From the NCBI GenBank assembly GCA_022842585.1, contig JALHPI010000001.1, forward strand, positions 2,298 to 66,297: a stretch of 64,000 nt of DNA, given 5' to 3'. This DNA comes from Minisyncoccota bacterium (lineage in GTDB: Bacteria > Patescibacteriota > Minisyncoccia > Phycocordibacterales > Phycocordibacteraceae). This document shows, piece after piece, positions 18,680 through 28,055 of the stretch (position 1 is the stretch's first letter; each line of letters starts with the position of its first letter). A model generated the notes under the pieces. The model saw nothing but the letters and a program-made list of their open reading frames with translations. It made no database searches and had not been told where the DNA came from. A program made the translations under genes and the position numbers.

Positions 18680-19846
18680 TTACTCATACTCCATCCATAC
18701 CCGACGGCGGACGTAATCAGTATAGCCAAGGATGATACGAGCAACTTTCTTGGAAACATTAGGCATAGAATAATCACTCACTAACCGGAACGGGCGCTCT
18801 GGGTTGGCGTGTCTCATCGCGAGCGCGACTGACTGCACGATTCGTTCCGGTGAGACGCTCGCCATAATAACGCTTGCCTCGTCGGACGCTTCTGGGCGCT
18901 CGTGTGCTTCACGTATCATCACGGCCGGTAAGTTCAAGATTGATGCCTCCTCACTAATAGTCCCGCTATCTGAAATAACGCACGCCGCATTCAATTGGAG
19001 TTTCTGATAGTCATGAAAACCGAGTGGTTTAATAAACCGAAGCTTTTCAGATGTATCAATGCCGCGCTCGTCAATGCGTTTTTTCGTTCGCGGATGGGTC
19101 GAAATGATAACGGGCATACCGTATTCGTCGGCTACACGCGTCAAACCTTCGATAATTCCATCAAGTGCACGATTGTTTGTAATATTCTCTTCACGATGGA
19201 AGCTTGCAACGAAGTATTTACCCATCTCGACGTTAAGGGTCAAAAGAATGGACGACGCGTCGATGGCGTCCTTATTCACTGCAAGTACCTCGAAAAGCGG
19301 TGAACCGGTCTTAATGACGCAGTCCGGTGGCATATTTTCACGAAGAAGGTAGTCGCGTGCGCGGTCGCTATATACCAGATTGATATCACTCATATGGTCG
19401 ACGATGCGTCGATTGATCTCTTCAGGCACTCTTTGGTCAAAGCAACGGTTCCCTGCCTCCATATGAAACGTGGGTATTTTGCGACGCTTCGCGGCGTAGA
19501 GCGCTAAAGCGCTGTTTGTATCCCCTAAGACGAGCACTGCATCCGGCTTCTCTTTTTCAAGTACCTCATCTGCTTTTGCGATAACTTGCGCGACGGTCTG
19601 CGCGGCTGTCTCGCCTGCTGCGGCGAGAAAGTAATCAGGTTTGCGAAGACCGAGGTCTTGGAAAAAGATCTCGTTCAACTCGTAGTCATAGTTCTGTCCC
19701 GTATGGACAAGTACGTGGGTTGTCGTCGCATCAAGCTCCTTAATCACTTCCGAGAGGCGAATGATTTCTGGCCGTGTGCCAAGAATCGTTACTACTTTTA
19801 TGCTCTTAGACGGGTTCATAGTACGTGTCAGGGTCGTTCGAATCAT
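18680..19846 (-). CDS. UDP-N-acetylglucosamine 2-epimerase (non-hydrolysing), WecB/FnlC-like
   Basis: 388 aa. Classic signature VVTILGTRPEIIRL...HTGQNYD...VLGDTNS. Confidence 0.85.
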   Translation of the reverse strand: MIRTTLTRTMNPSKSIKVVTILGTRPEIIRLSEVIKELDATTTHVLVHTGQNYDYELNEIFFQDLGLRKPDYFLAAAGETAAQTVAQVIAKADEVLEKEKPDAVLVLGDTNSALALYAAKRRKIPTFHMEAGNRCFDQRVPEEINRRIVDHMSDINLVYSDRARDYLLRENMPPDCVIKTGSPLFEVLAVNKDAIDASSILLTLNVEMGKYFVASFHREENITNNRALDGIIEGLTRVADEYGMPVIISTHPRTKKRIDERGIDTSEKLRFIKPLGFHDYQKLQLNAACVISDSGTISEEASILNLPAVMIREAHERPEASDEASVIMASVSPERIVQSVALAMRHANPERPFRLVSDYSMPNVSKKVARIILGYTDYVRRRVWMEYE

Positions 19847-20903
19847 ATTGCTCGCTTATCCAAAATACTGCAAGCATCTCATCACTTCCTGTGTTCGTAA
19901 TGTTGTGGGTCCAATATGACGGCATATCAATAACGACCGGTTGTTCGCCTGAGACATCATATACTCGAGTTTCATTTGTAAGGAGCTTACGCAAAGTGAT
20001 CTGAGCATTCCCTCGTATCACGCAGAAGCGTTCAAACTTATGAGTATGGTAGTGGTTTCCGCGCGTCGCGCCAGGGATAGTCGTTGAGAAGAATACTTGA
20101 TCTGGTTTATTGCTTCTCACAATTTCAAATAAGTTTCCTTGCTCACTCGGTTTTATCTCAAGTTTCCGAGGAAACATAACAGGAAACAAGTGTGAGTGAA
20201 GCGTCATGAATAATGCCCGCTCAAAAGAATTGTTCAATGTTGGCATGACGCCGTTTTGGTACTGATCTGCCTGTGACCTCAACATCTCATACACGGTTGC
20301 AAGTCCAATTGAACGCCCTTCAATTCGTGTAAGACCGCCCTCTTTGTTCAACAGGTCGATGACATGACGAGCGACGTCTCGTGCGTGGATAAGCTCAACC
20401 TGTGCGTCGGGATTAATTTCTGACGGAAGGTTATGTGCAATCTGGTGACAGAGTGTTGCAACGGCAGAGTTATAGAACGGCTTTGCAAATTCACCAAAGA
20501 TATGGGGCAGGACCATAATAGAAACTCGTGCGTCATTTTCCTTACCCCATGCCTCAAGAATATCTCCCGCCTCTTTTTTTGATGTACCGTACATGGTGTC
20601 GCGCTCAATATGAGTCGATGATGCGAAAACGATGTGCGGCTTTACTCCTTCGCACGCCAAGACAAGCGTGCGTGCAAGCCCGATATTTGTCTTGTACATT
20701 TCAGCATCATCTCCCCGATTCATGCCGGCAAGGTGAATTATTGCATCGCAAGACTCGAGACGCGCACGAAGATCTTCTACCTGCTCAAATGCGTCTTTGG
20801 GAACTACGACAACCGTGTGTTCACCTCGTTCCTGATACGGCAAGAGATAAAACCGGATGTGCTGACCAAGAAACCCTTCTGCGCCTGTTATAGCAATCTT
20901 CAT
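19806..20903 (-). CDS. CapF/FnlB/WbjC-like bifunctional reductase. N-terminal SDR and C-terminal cupin. UDP-L-FucNAc pathway step 2.
   Basis: 365 aa. MKIAITGAEGFLGQ Rossmann N-terminus and a C-terminal cupin-like domain (NHYHTHKFERFCVIRGNAQI). Located between the FnlA-like and WecB-like genes. Confidence 0.65.
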   Translation of the reverse strand: MKIAITGAEGFLGQHIRFYLLPYQERGEHTVVVVPKDAFEQVEDLRARLESCDAIIHLAGMNRGDDAEMYKTNIGLARTLVLACEGVKPHIVFASSTHIERDTMYGTSKKEAGDILEAWGKENDARVSIMVLPHIFGEFAKPFYNSAVATLCHQIAHNLPSEINPDAQVELIHARDVARHVIDLLNKEGGLTRIEGRSIGLATVYEMLRSQADQYQNGVMPTLNNSFERALFMTLHSHLFPVMFPRKLEIKPSEQGNLFEIVRSNKPDQVFFSTTIPGATRGNHYHTHKFERFCVIRGNAQITLRKLLTNETRVYDVSGEQPVVIDMPSYWTHNITNTGSDEMLAVFWISEQYDSNDPDTYYEPV

Positions 20904-21904
20904 GCACGCAATCGTAGCTCTTCCTGGATGTACGGAAGCGTGAGCAGAAATTCCTTAACCTCTGGCACCGTAAGCTGTTGCGTTGTGTTTGATGCGTAGT
21001 GCTCCTTTTCCGGTAAGTCTGTACCTCCTTCCTCAAAGTACTTTTGATAATCAAACGTTCTATCGGTACGAACACGGTAATACCCACCGAGATCTTCAGA
21101 ATTCATTACTTCGAGATTATGCGCGAGTATCTCATGAATCTTCTCACCCTCTCTGATACCAACGGTCGTAATCGGCTCTGACGATCCAAAGAGTTCTTTG
21201 ATTGCCGTAGCAAGATCCTGGATGGTTGCTGCAGGAGATTTCTTGATGAAGATATTGCCCTGTTCACCTTTATCAACCGCAAGTTCAACTAGGTCTACCG
21301 CATCATCAAGTGACAATAAAAAACGAGTCATATATGGAACAGTTATTGGAAGCGATTTACCCGCCTTAATGCATTCGACAAAAAGAGGAATGACGGACCC
21401 GCGCGAGGCTGCGACATTACCATAGCGCACTGCAGAAAACACGGTATTGCGTGCAATACGCGAGAATGCCGTCATCGTCTTCTCTGCAAGTGCCTTTGAC
21501 ATACCCATGGCATTCACAGGATGCACTGCTTTGTCGGTACTTAAGAAGATAACGCGTCCAACTCCCACATTCTCCGCTACATCGGCAATATTATGTGACC
21601 CAAGGATATTAGTCTTTACCATCTCCCACGGGAAAAACTCACCCGTTGGCACCTGCTTAAGTGCCGCCGCATGAAATACGACATCAATTCCACGAAAGTG
21701 GTGCCAGAGAACATCGCGTTCGCGTATATCACCAACAACAAAGGTTAGTTTTGTATTGTCGCGAAACGCATTTCGCATATCGTGTTGTTTTTTTTCATCA
21801 CGACTGAAGACAATTACTTGTTCTACATCGGTTCGGCTGAGAAAACGTTCGACCGCTGCGTGGCCGAACGAACCTGTACCACCTGTGACAAGAATACGTG
21901 TCAT
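20900..21904 (-). CDS. UDP-GlcNAc 4,6-dehydratase/5-epimerase (FnlA/CapE/WbjB-like; CapD polysaccharide biosynthesis family)
   Basis: 334 aa. ILVTGGTGSFG...FSRDEKKQHDM...STDKAVHPVNAMGMSKALAEK (inverting dehydratase family motifs). Confidence 0.75.
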   Translation of the reverse strand: MTRILVTGGTGSFGHAAVERFLSRTDVEQVIVFSRDEKKQHDMRNAFRDNTKLTFVVGDIRERDVLWHHFRGIDVVFHAAALKQVPTGEFFPWEMVKTNILGSHNIADVAENVGVGRVIFLSTDKAVHPVNAMGMSKALAEKTMTAFSRIARNTVFSAVRYGNVAASRGSVIPLFVECIKAGKSLPITVPYMTRFLLSLDDAVDLVELAVDKGEQGNIFIKKSPAATIQDLATAIKELFGSSEPITTVGIREGEKIHEILAHNLEVMNSEDLGGYYRVRTDRTFDYQKYFEEGGTDLPEKEHYASNTTQQLTVPEVKEFLLTLPYIQEELRLRA

Positions 21905-21915
21905 ACGATTGGCGA

Positions 21916-22506
21916 CTATGATTCCAGGAATTTGATCGCGTCTATCATCTGAACGTGCGGATCAATGTCGGTAATAGTCGTGTGACGCTGTTTATTGCTC
22001 ATAGTGTAGTCACGAACCAAGACCTTGTAGCCGAGTTTCTCGAATTCCTCTGGCTCCCATGCCGAACGGTGCGTCTGCCAATGATCTCCGCCATACCCAA
22101 GTATGTCTATGTCCTGAGGGATATGTCCACGCGGGTTCTCAGATATGACCGCTTTGCGGGCTATCTCCTCACACTGACGCAAAAGTTCGAAGCCTTCGTC
22201 CTTCTCAAGGTGCTCGATGATATCGCAGCCGATGACGAGATCGAAGCTTTTCGGCATGAAAATCTCGTTCAATTTAGGCACATCGTACTTCACGGTGACG
22301 TACGGCACGTCCGACTCGATATGCTTGAAATATTCATCATAGATGTCGACGCCGACGCGTATTTGCGCAGGAATGTACTTTGATTTAAGTGAGAGGCCGC
22401 ATGCAACGTCAAGCACGGAGACTATCTCTCCTTCCTTCCACGGCCATAGGTTAGCGCGCGTGAAAATATTCTGGATGCTGTTTTCCTTCCAATCCTCTTT
22501 TGACAT
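21916..22506 (-). CDS. Class I SAM-dependent methyltransferase
   Basis: 196 aa. Motif I VLDVACG and an acidic post-I motif. Confidence 0.55.
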   Translation of the reverse strand: MSKEDWKENSIQNIFTRANLWPWKEGEIVSVLDVACGLSLKSKYIPAQIRVGVDIYDEYFKHIESDVPYVTVKYDVPKLNEIFMPKSFDLVIGCDIIEHLEKDEGFELLRQCEEIARKAVISENPRGHIPQDIDILGYGGDHWQTHRSAWEPEEFEKLGYKVLVRDYTMSNKQRHTTITDIDPHVQMIDAIKFLES

Positions 22507-22636
22507 TACCTCAGTCTATCAGACCCTTTGGAAAACAGAAGTAACGCGTATGAAACGTTCCTCATTGCTTTGCCTTAAAGAGAAGGACACATTATTTGTA
22601 TTGCACAAGTTCCTTGTTTTCAGGCATACTTAGGGG

Positions 22637-22939
22637 ATGAAAAGCATAAGTGAGTGGCAAAAAGCCCTGAAAGAAGCTGCAAATCATAAATTTCCGCAGA
22701 GCGCTTGGGGCGAGGCGGAGCGTGTTGCTTCAATACAAGAACAACTGAACGATGTGAAAGCCGCGCTTGCGGTTGAGCAAGGAACGCTCCAAAGCGACGA
22801 CCATGCGCATCAGGACCCCGACCATCGCATCGGTGCCCTTATTGCAGACATCCTTATCCTTGCCGAGGAACGCGATGCTGACGTGGAGCGCGAGCTAGAG
22901 AAGGTGCTTGCGTGGTTCCAGATGCGGGAACAGGAATAA
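22637..22939 (+). CDS. MazG-like all-alpha nucleotide pyrophosphohydrolase (small)
   Basis: 100 aa. Helical, with an EE/D-rich metal-binding-like pattern (ILAEERDADVERELEKV). Confidence 0.4.
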   Translation: MKSISEWQKALKEAANHKFPQSAWGEAERVASIQEQLNDVKAALAVEQGTLQSDDHAHQDPDHRIGALIADILILAEERDADVERELEKVLAWFQMREQE

Positions 22940-22942
22940 CAA

Positions 22943-22972
22943 AAGAGGCGGAACGTGTCCGCCTCTTTCCTC
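22943..22972. terminator. Bidirectional hairpin terminator between convergent genes (GAGGCGGA-ACGTG-TCCGCCTC)
   Basis: 8-bp stem. The plus strand follows with a T-rich run; the minus strand follows with TTTTGTTATT. Confidence 0.5.
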
Positions 22973-22988
22973 GCTCCTCGCTTTCCTG

Positions 22989-23516
22989 CTAGCTGCCGTG
23001 AATCGTGCGCAGGTGCTCCACGCTCGGCGCCTGATGGCGCACGAACGCGTCGGGAAGCTGATCGAGCGGACAGAACATCCGTTCGACGCCATCCACCAGC
23101 ACCGCAGGATCATCGAGCCTGAGAACGTGCTGGAACAGACGATAGGCCTCTTGGCCACGCGGGCTCGAATCGCGCCCGGCAGGACCCATGAGGATATCGC
23201 GCGCCAGCAGGAACTCCGGCTCGCCCGTGAGACTCACACCCACGTCGGGCTTCAGCACACGCTTCTCTAAGGTCGAGAGCGCGGTTTCTCCGGGGAGGAT
23301 GATGGCCCCGGGGATGTGCCACAGCCCCGCGAAGAACGGGTCCGAGCGAGGCCGCTTGGTGAGCAGCACCTCGGCACGGCCTCCGCCCTTCTGGATGATT
23401 GCTAGGTCGACGCTCGGCAGGACGGTCTTCCGCGCGAGCGCATAGAAGATGTCCGGAGGCACTGGCCACTCGAGCTTGCCGAGAAGAGCGAGGAACGCTT
23501 CATTATTAAAGGACAA
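22989..23516 (-). CDS. Hypothetical protein with a Nudix-like fold and a degenerate Nudix box. Gene of elevated GC (about 63%).
   Basis: 175 aa. Nudix-like pattern GAIILPGETALSTLEKRVLKPDVGV, with EE replaced by KP. GC is clearly higher than in neighbours, producing overlapping shadow ORFs on both strands. Confidence 0.4.
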   Translation of the reverse strand: MSFNNEAFLALLGKLEWPVPPDIFYALARKTVLPSVDLAIIQKGGGRAEVLLTKRPRSDPFFAGLWHIPGAIILPGETALSTLEKRVLKPDVGVSLTGEPEFLLARDILMGPAGRDSSPRGQEAYRLFQHVLRLDDPAVLVDGVERMFCPLDQLPDAFVRHQAPSVEHLRTIHGS

Positions 23517-23590
23517 GATACTACCCTTTTCTCACCAGCCGCGTATCGACTGGAGGGTGTCTTTATAACACTATTTTTACTTTAATCAAA

Positions 23591-24607
23591 CTAAAGCGTT
23601 TCTGCGCGTCCCTCGAGGAGAACACGCCTTCCCTCTCTGGCCGATACACGCATCGCTTCCAAGACCTTTGCTTGGCGCAGAATGCGTTCATACATATCTG
23701 AGAACTTCTTTTCGTCTCGCTTTGCAACGGCATTAGTAAAGTATTCAAAACTCAGAGCAAACTGGTTTGCGGCGGGCACCGCAACTGTTTCAAGCATATC
23801 TTTCGTACCATCATTCGTTACCAACTCCACCGTAGGTACAAAGGTCGGCGGGAGCGCAAACGCACGATTCGTGCGCACGATACCTTTAGAGCCCCATACC
23901 GAGTATTGGTTCTGATAGAGGTGATTGAAGCCAAAGGACATATGCGCCGTTCCCTTCGGAAACTCAAACAGTGCAGAGCCTGCAATATCAACCTCGTGCC
24001 CGTCATTGGAAAGCGTACAGGTTACAGCCACGGGTTCTTGCTGCAGTATTTTCCGCGCCATAAAGGCGGTATAGCAGCCGGCGTCATTTAATGCTCCGCC
24101 CTTCAAATCTCTACGGTAGCGGATGTCACCATCCGGAAAGGGCGGAAAGCCGTATACGCCATGCCACACCTGCGGCACCCCGATCTTTCCATTCTCAATG
24201 AGAGAGAGGATTTCTTGATGCTGGGGATGGAATTCTGGAACGAAATTCTCATAGAGCGCCACACCATTTTCTTTACATGCATCCACCATACGCTTCGCAG
24301 ACTCGAGACTATACGTAATCGATTTCTCACAAATGACATGCTTGCCAGCCGCTGCGGCTTTCAGAGCCCACTCTTCCTGCAATCCGACGGGAAGCGGGCT
24401 GTAGAGGACATCGATGTCGTCACGTCGGATGAGCGAATCGTAGGTTTCGGCTTCAAGACTGTGGCGTTCCGCGGCAGCGCGCGCCTTTTCCTCGCTCCGG
24501 CTCGCAATAGCGACGAGCTCGACTCCCGAGAGCGACTTGAACGCGGGGATGCCATAGCGCTCCGCTATCTGAGATACCCCGAGGATGCCGACGCGGACCT
24601 TGTTCAT
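23591..24607 (-). CDS. Gfo/Idh/MocA-family NAD(P)-dependent oxidoreductase, candidate NDP-sugar 3-ketoreductase (KijD10/TylC1-like role)
   Basis: 338 aa. N-terminal Rossmann VGILGVSQIAERYGIPAF and an EKS-like catalytic region (ICEKSITYS). Confidence 0.6.
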   Translation of the reverse strand: MNKVRVGILGVSQIAERYGIPAFKSLSGVELVAIASRSEEKARAAAERHSLEAETYDSLIRRDDIDVLYSPLPVGLQEEWALKAAAAGKHVICEKSITYSLESAKRMVDACKENGVALYENFVPEFHPQHQEILSLIENGKIGVPQVWHGVYGFPPFPDGDIRYRRDLKGGALNDAGCYTAFMARKILQQEPVAVTCTLSNDGHEVDIAGSALFEFPKGTAHMSFGFNHLYQNQYSVWGSKGIVRTNRAFALPPTFVPTVELVTNDGTKDMLETVAVPAANQFALSFEYFTNAVAKRDEKKFSDMYERILRQAKVLEAMRVSAREGRRVLLEGRAETL

Positions 24608-25242
24608 AGGAGTGCGCAGACGTTCCGGGCAAGCGAGTTCATCGCGAGGTCGACGCGCAGGAGCGCCTGTATCTGCGGAAGCGTGAGCCAGATATAATCC
24701 TCCGTAATAGGTACCTCTTCCGTCTCATCCACCTCCACGAGCACGGAGCGGTTCACCTTGTGATAGAAGCGACCGCCATCCTCGACGCCCTCAACAGACT
24801 CGACGAGCGTGCCCTTCGTCCCGTCGAAATATTCCGCGAGTCGCGGACGCTTCCCCTTATGCGCGAGCGAGAGATTCCCTTCGGACGCCTGGCATGCAGG
24901 CGAGATCTGAAGCATGCCCTTGTTTCCCGGCTCGAACTTCGCATAGAAGAGGTAATGCATGACGCCGGCGCGCTTCTGCATGAGTACGCCCGAAATGCCT
25001 ATTTCCTCTTGTTTCAGCATCGGCTGACTCCAGGAGGCCACCTCGCGGTCTTCGGCACCGGTAACCTTCACACCTATGACCGAGAAGAACTTCCCGGATT
25101 CATGCACGATGTTCCCGGTAGCGGGTTCCGTCTTCCATCCTTGCGCCTCGTTGACCCCCACCTCCTCGACCGTCACCGGATAGAGGGCTCGGCGCTCCTC
25201 GAGCCACGTCAGTATCGGCTGTATATCGACGTGTTCGTTCAT
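24604..25242 (-). CDS. Single-domain NDP-hexose 2,3-dehydratase-like protein (EvaA/TylX3 family, half-size)
   Basis: 212 aa. Motifs recalled from the EvaA family: GKFFSVIGVKV, WSQPMLKQEEIGISGVL, YAKFEPGN..LQISPACQASEGN, GRFYHKVNRSVLVEV. Canonical enzymes carry two such domains (about 470 aa). Confidence 0.45.
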   Translation of the reverse strand: MNEHVDIQPILTWLEERRALYPVTVEEVGVNEAQGWKTEPATGNIVHESGKFFSVIGVKVTGAEDREVASWSQPMLKQEEIGISGVLMQKRAGVMHYLFYAKFEPGNKGMLQISPACQASEGNLSLAHKGKRPRLAEYFDGTKGTLVESVEGVEDGGRFYHKVNRSVLVEVDETEEVPITEDYIWLTLPQIQALLRVDLAMNSLARNVCALL

Positions 25243-26468
25243 ACGATTTCAACGTTAGGGATAGGGATGATGAACTTCGCCCCTCTATCGCGGAGTTCCT
25301 GTTCTTTGGTAAGGATGAAGTCTCGATAGTTCCATGCCAGTAATAAAAGATAATCAGGCGTTTCTGTTTTGAGTATGTCGGGAGACCGTACTGGTATGTG
25401 GCTTCCAGGCGTAAGCTTCCCCACCTTATAAGGCGTCGTATCAGTTACGTACGCAATATCTTCTGCGGTGAAGCCACAGAAGTTAAGGAGGGTGTTCCCT
25501 TTTGCAGGAGCGCCATAGGCGGTCACCACCTTGCCTTCTTTTCGGAACCCACGCACAAGCGAGACAAGCTTGTCCTTAATCGCTTCGGCCTCGTTCTGGA
25601 AATCAGCAAACCGCGCGAGACTATGAAGCCCTGCCTGCTCTTCAAGAAGGAGCAGTGCTTGCACGCTCTCTGTGACCTGCTCCCCTGTCTTCCGGCGCGC
25701 ATACACTCGTATGGAACCACCATGAACGGTAACGCGACGTACATCACATACCTCCATGTCAAAGCGCGCAAAAAGATGTTGAAGTGGCTTCACGCTGTAA
25801 TAGCAGAGGTGCTCGTGGTAGACGGTATCAAACTCCATATGCTCTACAAGATCCAGAAGGTAGTGTGATTCGGTGACGAACACGCCGTCGTCTGCGAGAA
25901 GTTCTTTCACTCCAAGAATTATTTCATCAACGTTATCGATATGCGCAAAGACATTGTTTGCTGAAATGACCTTTGCTTTTCCGTGCGAAGCGACGATCTG
26001 ACGCGCCATCTCAACCGTGAAGAACCCATCAAGGGTTTCCACTCCTTTTTTGCGCGCTTCTTCAGCCACATTCGCCGACGGCTCAATACCAAGCACGCGA
26101 TACTTCTCCACGAAGTTCTGCAGGAGGATGCCGTCGTTGCTGCCGATATCAACGACTAAATCGCCTTCGGTAAGCTGTTCTTTCTTGAGGTCGTCGGCAT
26201 AGGAACGGAAGTGATCAACGAGCGGTTTTGAAGCCGAAGAGAAATACGCATAGTCTCCATGAAAAAGCTCTTCTTCAGCAACCACATCAAGAAGCTGCAC
26301 GAGGTTGCAAGTACCACAAAAATACACCTCAAGCGGGTAGCGCTTTTCGTCTTTGATATGTTCTGCGTCAGTAAAGTTATCTACCGGCGGATGTTCCCCA
26401 AGCGAGAGGATACGCGTGAGGTCGGTACCTTTGCAAACGCGACAAGTTGTCTTATGGACGTGGCTCAT
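25239..26468 (-). CDS. NDP-hexose C-methyltransferase (TylC3/KijD1-like; N-terminal Zn-ribbon plus a SAM-MTase)
   Basis: Cys4 ribbon CRVCKG...CGTC, then VVDIGSNDG motif I. The start is chosen at the MSHVHK ATG (26468) because the longer listed ORF (to 26612) would overlap the upstream gene by 122 nt. Confidence 0.65.
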   Translation of the reverse strand: MSHVHKTTCRVCKGTDLTRILSLGEHPPVDNFTDAEHIKDEKRYPLEVYFCGTCNLVQLLDVVAEEELFHGDYAYFSSASKPLVDHFRSYADDLKKEQLTEGDLVVDIGSNDGILLQNFVEKYRVLGIEPSANVAEEARKKGVETLDGFFTVEMARQIVASHGKAKVISANNVFAHIDNVDEIILGVKELLADDGVFVTESHYLLDLVEHMEFDTVYHEHLCYYSVKPLQHLFARFDMEVCDVRRVTVHGGSIRVYARRKTGEQVTESVQALLLLEEQAGLHSLARFADFQNEAEAIKDKLVSLVRGFRKEGKVVTAYGAPAKGNTLLNFCGFTAEDIAYVTDTTPYKVGKLTPGSHIPVRSPDILKTETPDYLLLLAWNYRDFILTKEQELRDRGAKFIIPIPNVEIV

Positions 26469-26490
26469 GGAATATAAAGGAGTATACCAA

Positions 26491-27312
26491 TTACGCCCAC
26501 TCGGTAGCGAGATACTCCGAAAGCGCCTCTTTCCACGGACGAAGGTGTATCTTCTCTGACACCACCGCTTCATTTGCGGGCAAAGTGACGCCTGCGAAGT
26601 GACTTCTATCAACTGCGCGCACTGGTGTGTTTACCCCAAGCTCTTTAGCGAGCGCTTCGGCGAGCTCAAATCGTGACGCCGAGCCTGCGTTTGTGATATG
26701 AAAAATGCCTTCCTTGCCTGTGGTAAGCAGGTCCTTTATTGCTTCAACATAGTCTTTGGCGTAGGTAGGTGAACCCTGTACATCGTTCAAGGCGACAATG
26801 TCGGAGTCCCCCGCCCGCAGCTTCCCGAGCATTTTTCCATAGAACTTGGTGTCGCGTAGAGGACCACCGCCAAACACCCACGCCGTGCGAGCGATGATGG
26901 CGCGTGGGGCGGTAGCGGCTACGACTTCTCCCAGATATTTTGTCAGACCATACTTCGTTGTCGGTTCCGGTATATCGCTCTCGGTGTACGGACCTTCCTT
27001 ATCTCCTTTAAACACACGAGAGGTGGAAGCATATACGAGTGTCGCTCCCGTCACGCGCGCCGCACGCACCGCGTTATACACGCCGCGCACGTTTAATTCA
27101 TACGCATATAACGGATCGCTCTCGCATGTTTGTGTGTCGGTGGCTCCGGCGAGATAGATGATTGCGCTTGGTTGACACTCCTCGACATACCGCATAACCG
27201 CGTCTTCATCCAACACATCCAATTCTTCGTGCGTTGGTCGCATGCCAAAATCAACATACCTCCCAATCATTCCGCCCGCGCCAAGCGTGAGTACGCGATC
27301 AAGCGAGATCAT
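26491..27312 (-). CDS. dTDP-4-dehydrorhamnose reductase-like NDP-sugar 4-ketoreductase (RmlD family)
   Basis: 273 aa. VLTLGAGGMIGRYV Rossmann and a Y-x3-K catalytic dyad region (TKYGLTKYLGE). Confidence 0.7.
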   Translation of the reverse strand: MISLDRVLTLGAGGMIGRYVDFGMRPTHEELDVLDEDAVMRYVEECQPSAIIYLAGATDTQTCESDPLYAYELNVRGVYNAVRAARVTGATLVYASTSRVFKGDKEGPYTESDIPEPTTKYGLTKYLGEVVAATAPRAIIARTAWVFGGGPLRDTKFYGKMLGKLRAGDSDIVALNDVQGSPTYAKDYVEAIKDLLTTGKEGIFHITNAGSASRFELAEALAKELGVNTPVRAVDRSHFAGVTLPANEAVVSEKIHLRPWKEALSEYLATEWA

Positions 27313-28055
27313 AGTCCTCTCTTTGCAATTTCAATGGAGACTTTATGGAGCGAATCAAACGTGCCAGCGTCAGACCAGAGCCCTTTGATAATCCCGTGCG
27401 AAAGTTTGCCTTTATCGAGATACGCGTTATTCGCATCCGTGATTTCAAGCTCCCCGCGCCCTGATGGCTTCAATGTTTTGATAATGGTGAATATCTCATT
27501 GTCATAGACATAGAAGCCGGTCTGAGCGAACTTAGACTTCGGCTTCTTCGGCTTCTCTTCAATGCGCACAATCTTCTTCCCCGACTTATCAAAAACGGGC
27601 ACTCCGAATCGATGCGGATTCTCCATGCGCTTGAAGAACACCTTGGCGCCCTCCGTGAAAGAAGCGATGTCTTTGCTAAAATCCTGTTCAAAGATATTGT
27701 CACCGAGAATAACGGCAACCGGTAACCCTTGGGAGAAATCTTCCGCATGACTGAGCGCGTCTGCGATACCGCCGTTGTTCGTGTTTTGGATGGCATACGA
27801 ACATTTGACGCCGTACTCGTGCCCTGAGCCCAAAAACTGCATGAAGTGCCCCGCATGTTCGCGGCCGGTGACGACCATAATGTCGGTAATACCTGCCTTT
27901 TTGAGCGTCTCGAGAGGATACAGAATCATCGGCTTGTTATAGACCGGAAGGAGGTGCTTGTTCGTGATGAGCGTCAGAGGGCGCAGGCGGGTACCAAACC
28001 CCCCTGCGAGGATAACCCCCTTCATCGCTACTTTTTTATCTGATGTTTTCGCCAT
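27309..28055 (-). CDS. rmlA: Glucose-1-phosphate thymidylyltransferase (short form)
   Basis: 248 aa. GVILAGGFGTRLRPLT signature. Confidence 0.8.
   Translation of the reverse strand: MAKTSDKKVAMKGVILAGGFGTRLRPLTLITNKHLLPVYNKPMILYPLETLKKAGITDIMVVTGREHAGHFMQFLGSGHEYGVKCSYAIQNTNNGGIADALSHAEDFSQGLPVAVILGDNIFEQDFSKDIASFTEGAKVFFKRMENPHRFGVPVFDKSGKKIVRIEEKPKKPKSKFAQTGFYVYDNEIFTIIKTLKPSGRGELEITDANNAYLDKGKLSHGIIKGLWSDAGTFDSLHKVSIEIAKRGL

Noticed and set aside
23110-23469. ORFs 23110..23469(-) and 23188..23445(+)
   Set aside because: Overlapping alternative-frame ORFs inside the high-GC 22989..23516 gene. Their products are Arg/Pro/Ala-rich nonsense typical of GC-rich shadows.
26469-26612. 48-codon N-terminal extension of the C-methyltransferase ORF
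   Set aside because: It would overlap the 3' end of the RmlD-like gene by more than 120 nt. The family's conserved Zn-ribbon begins right after the internal Met.
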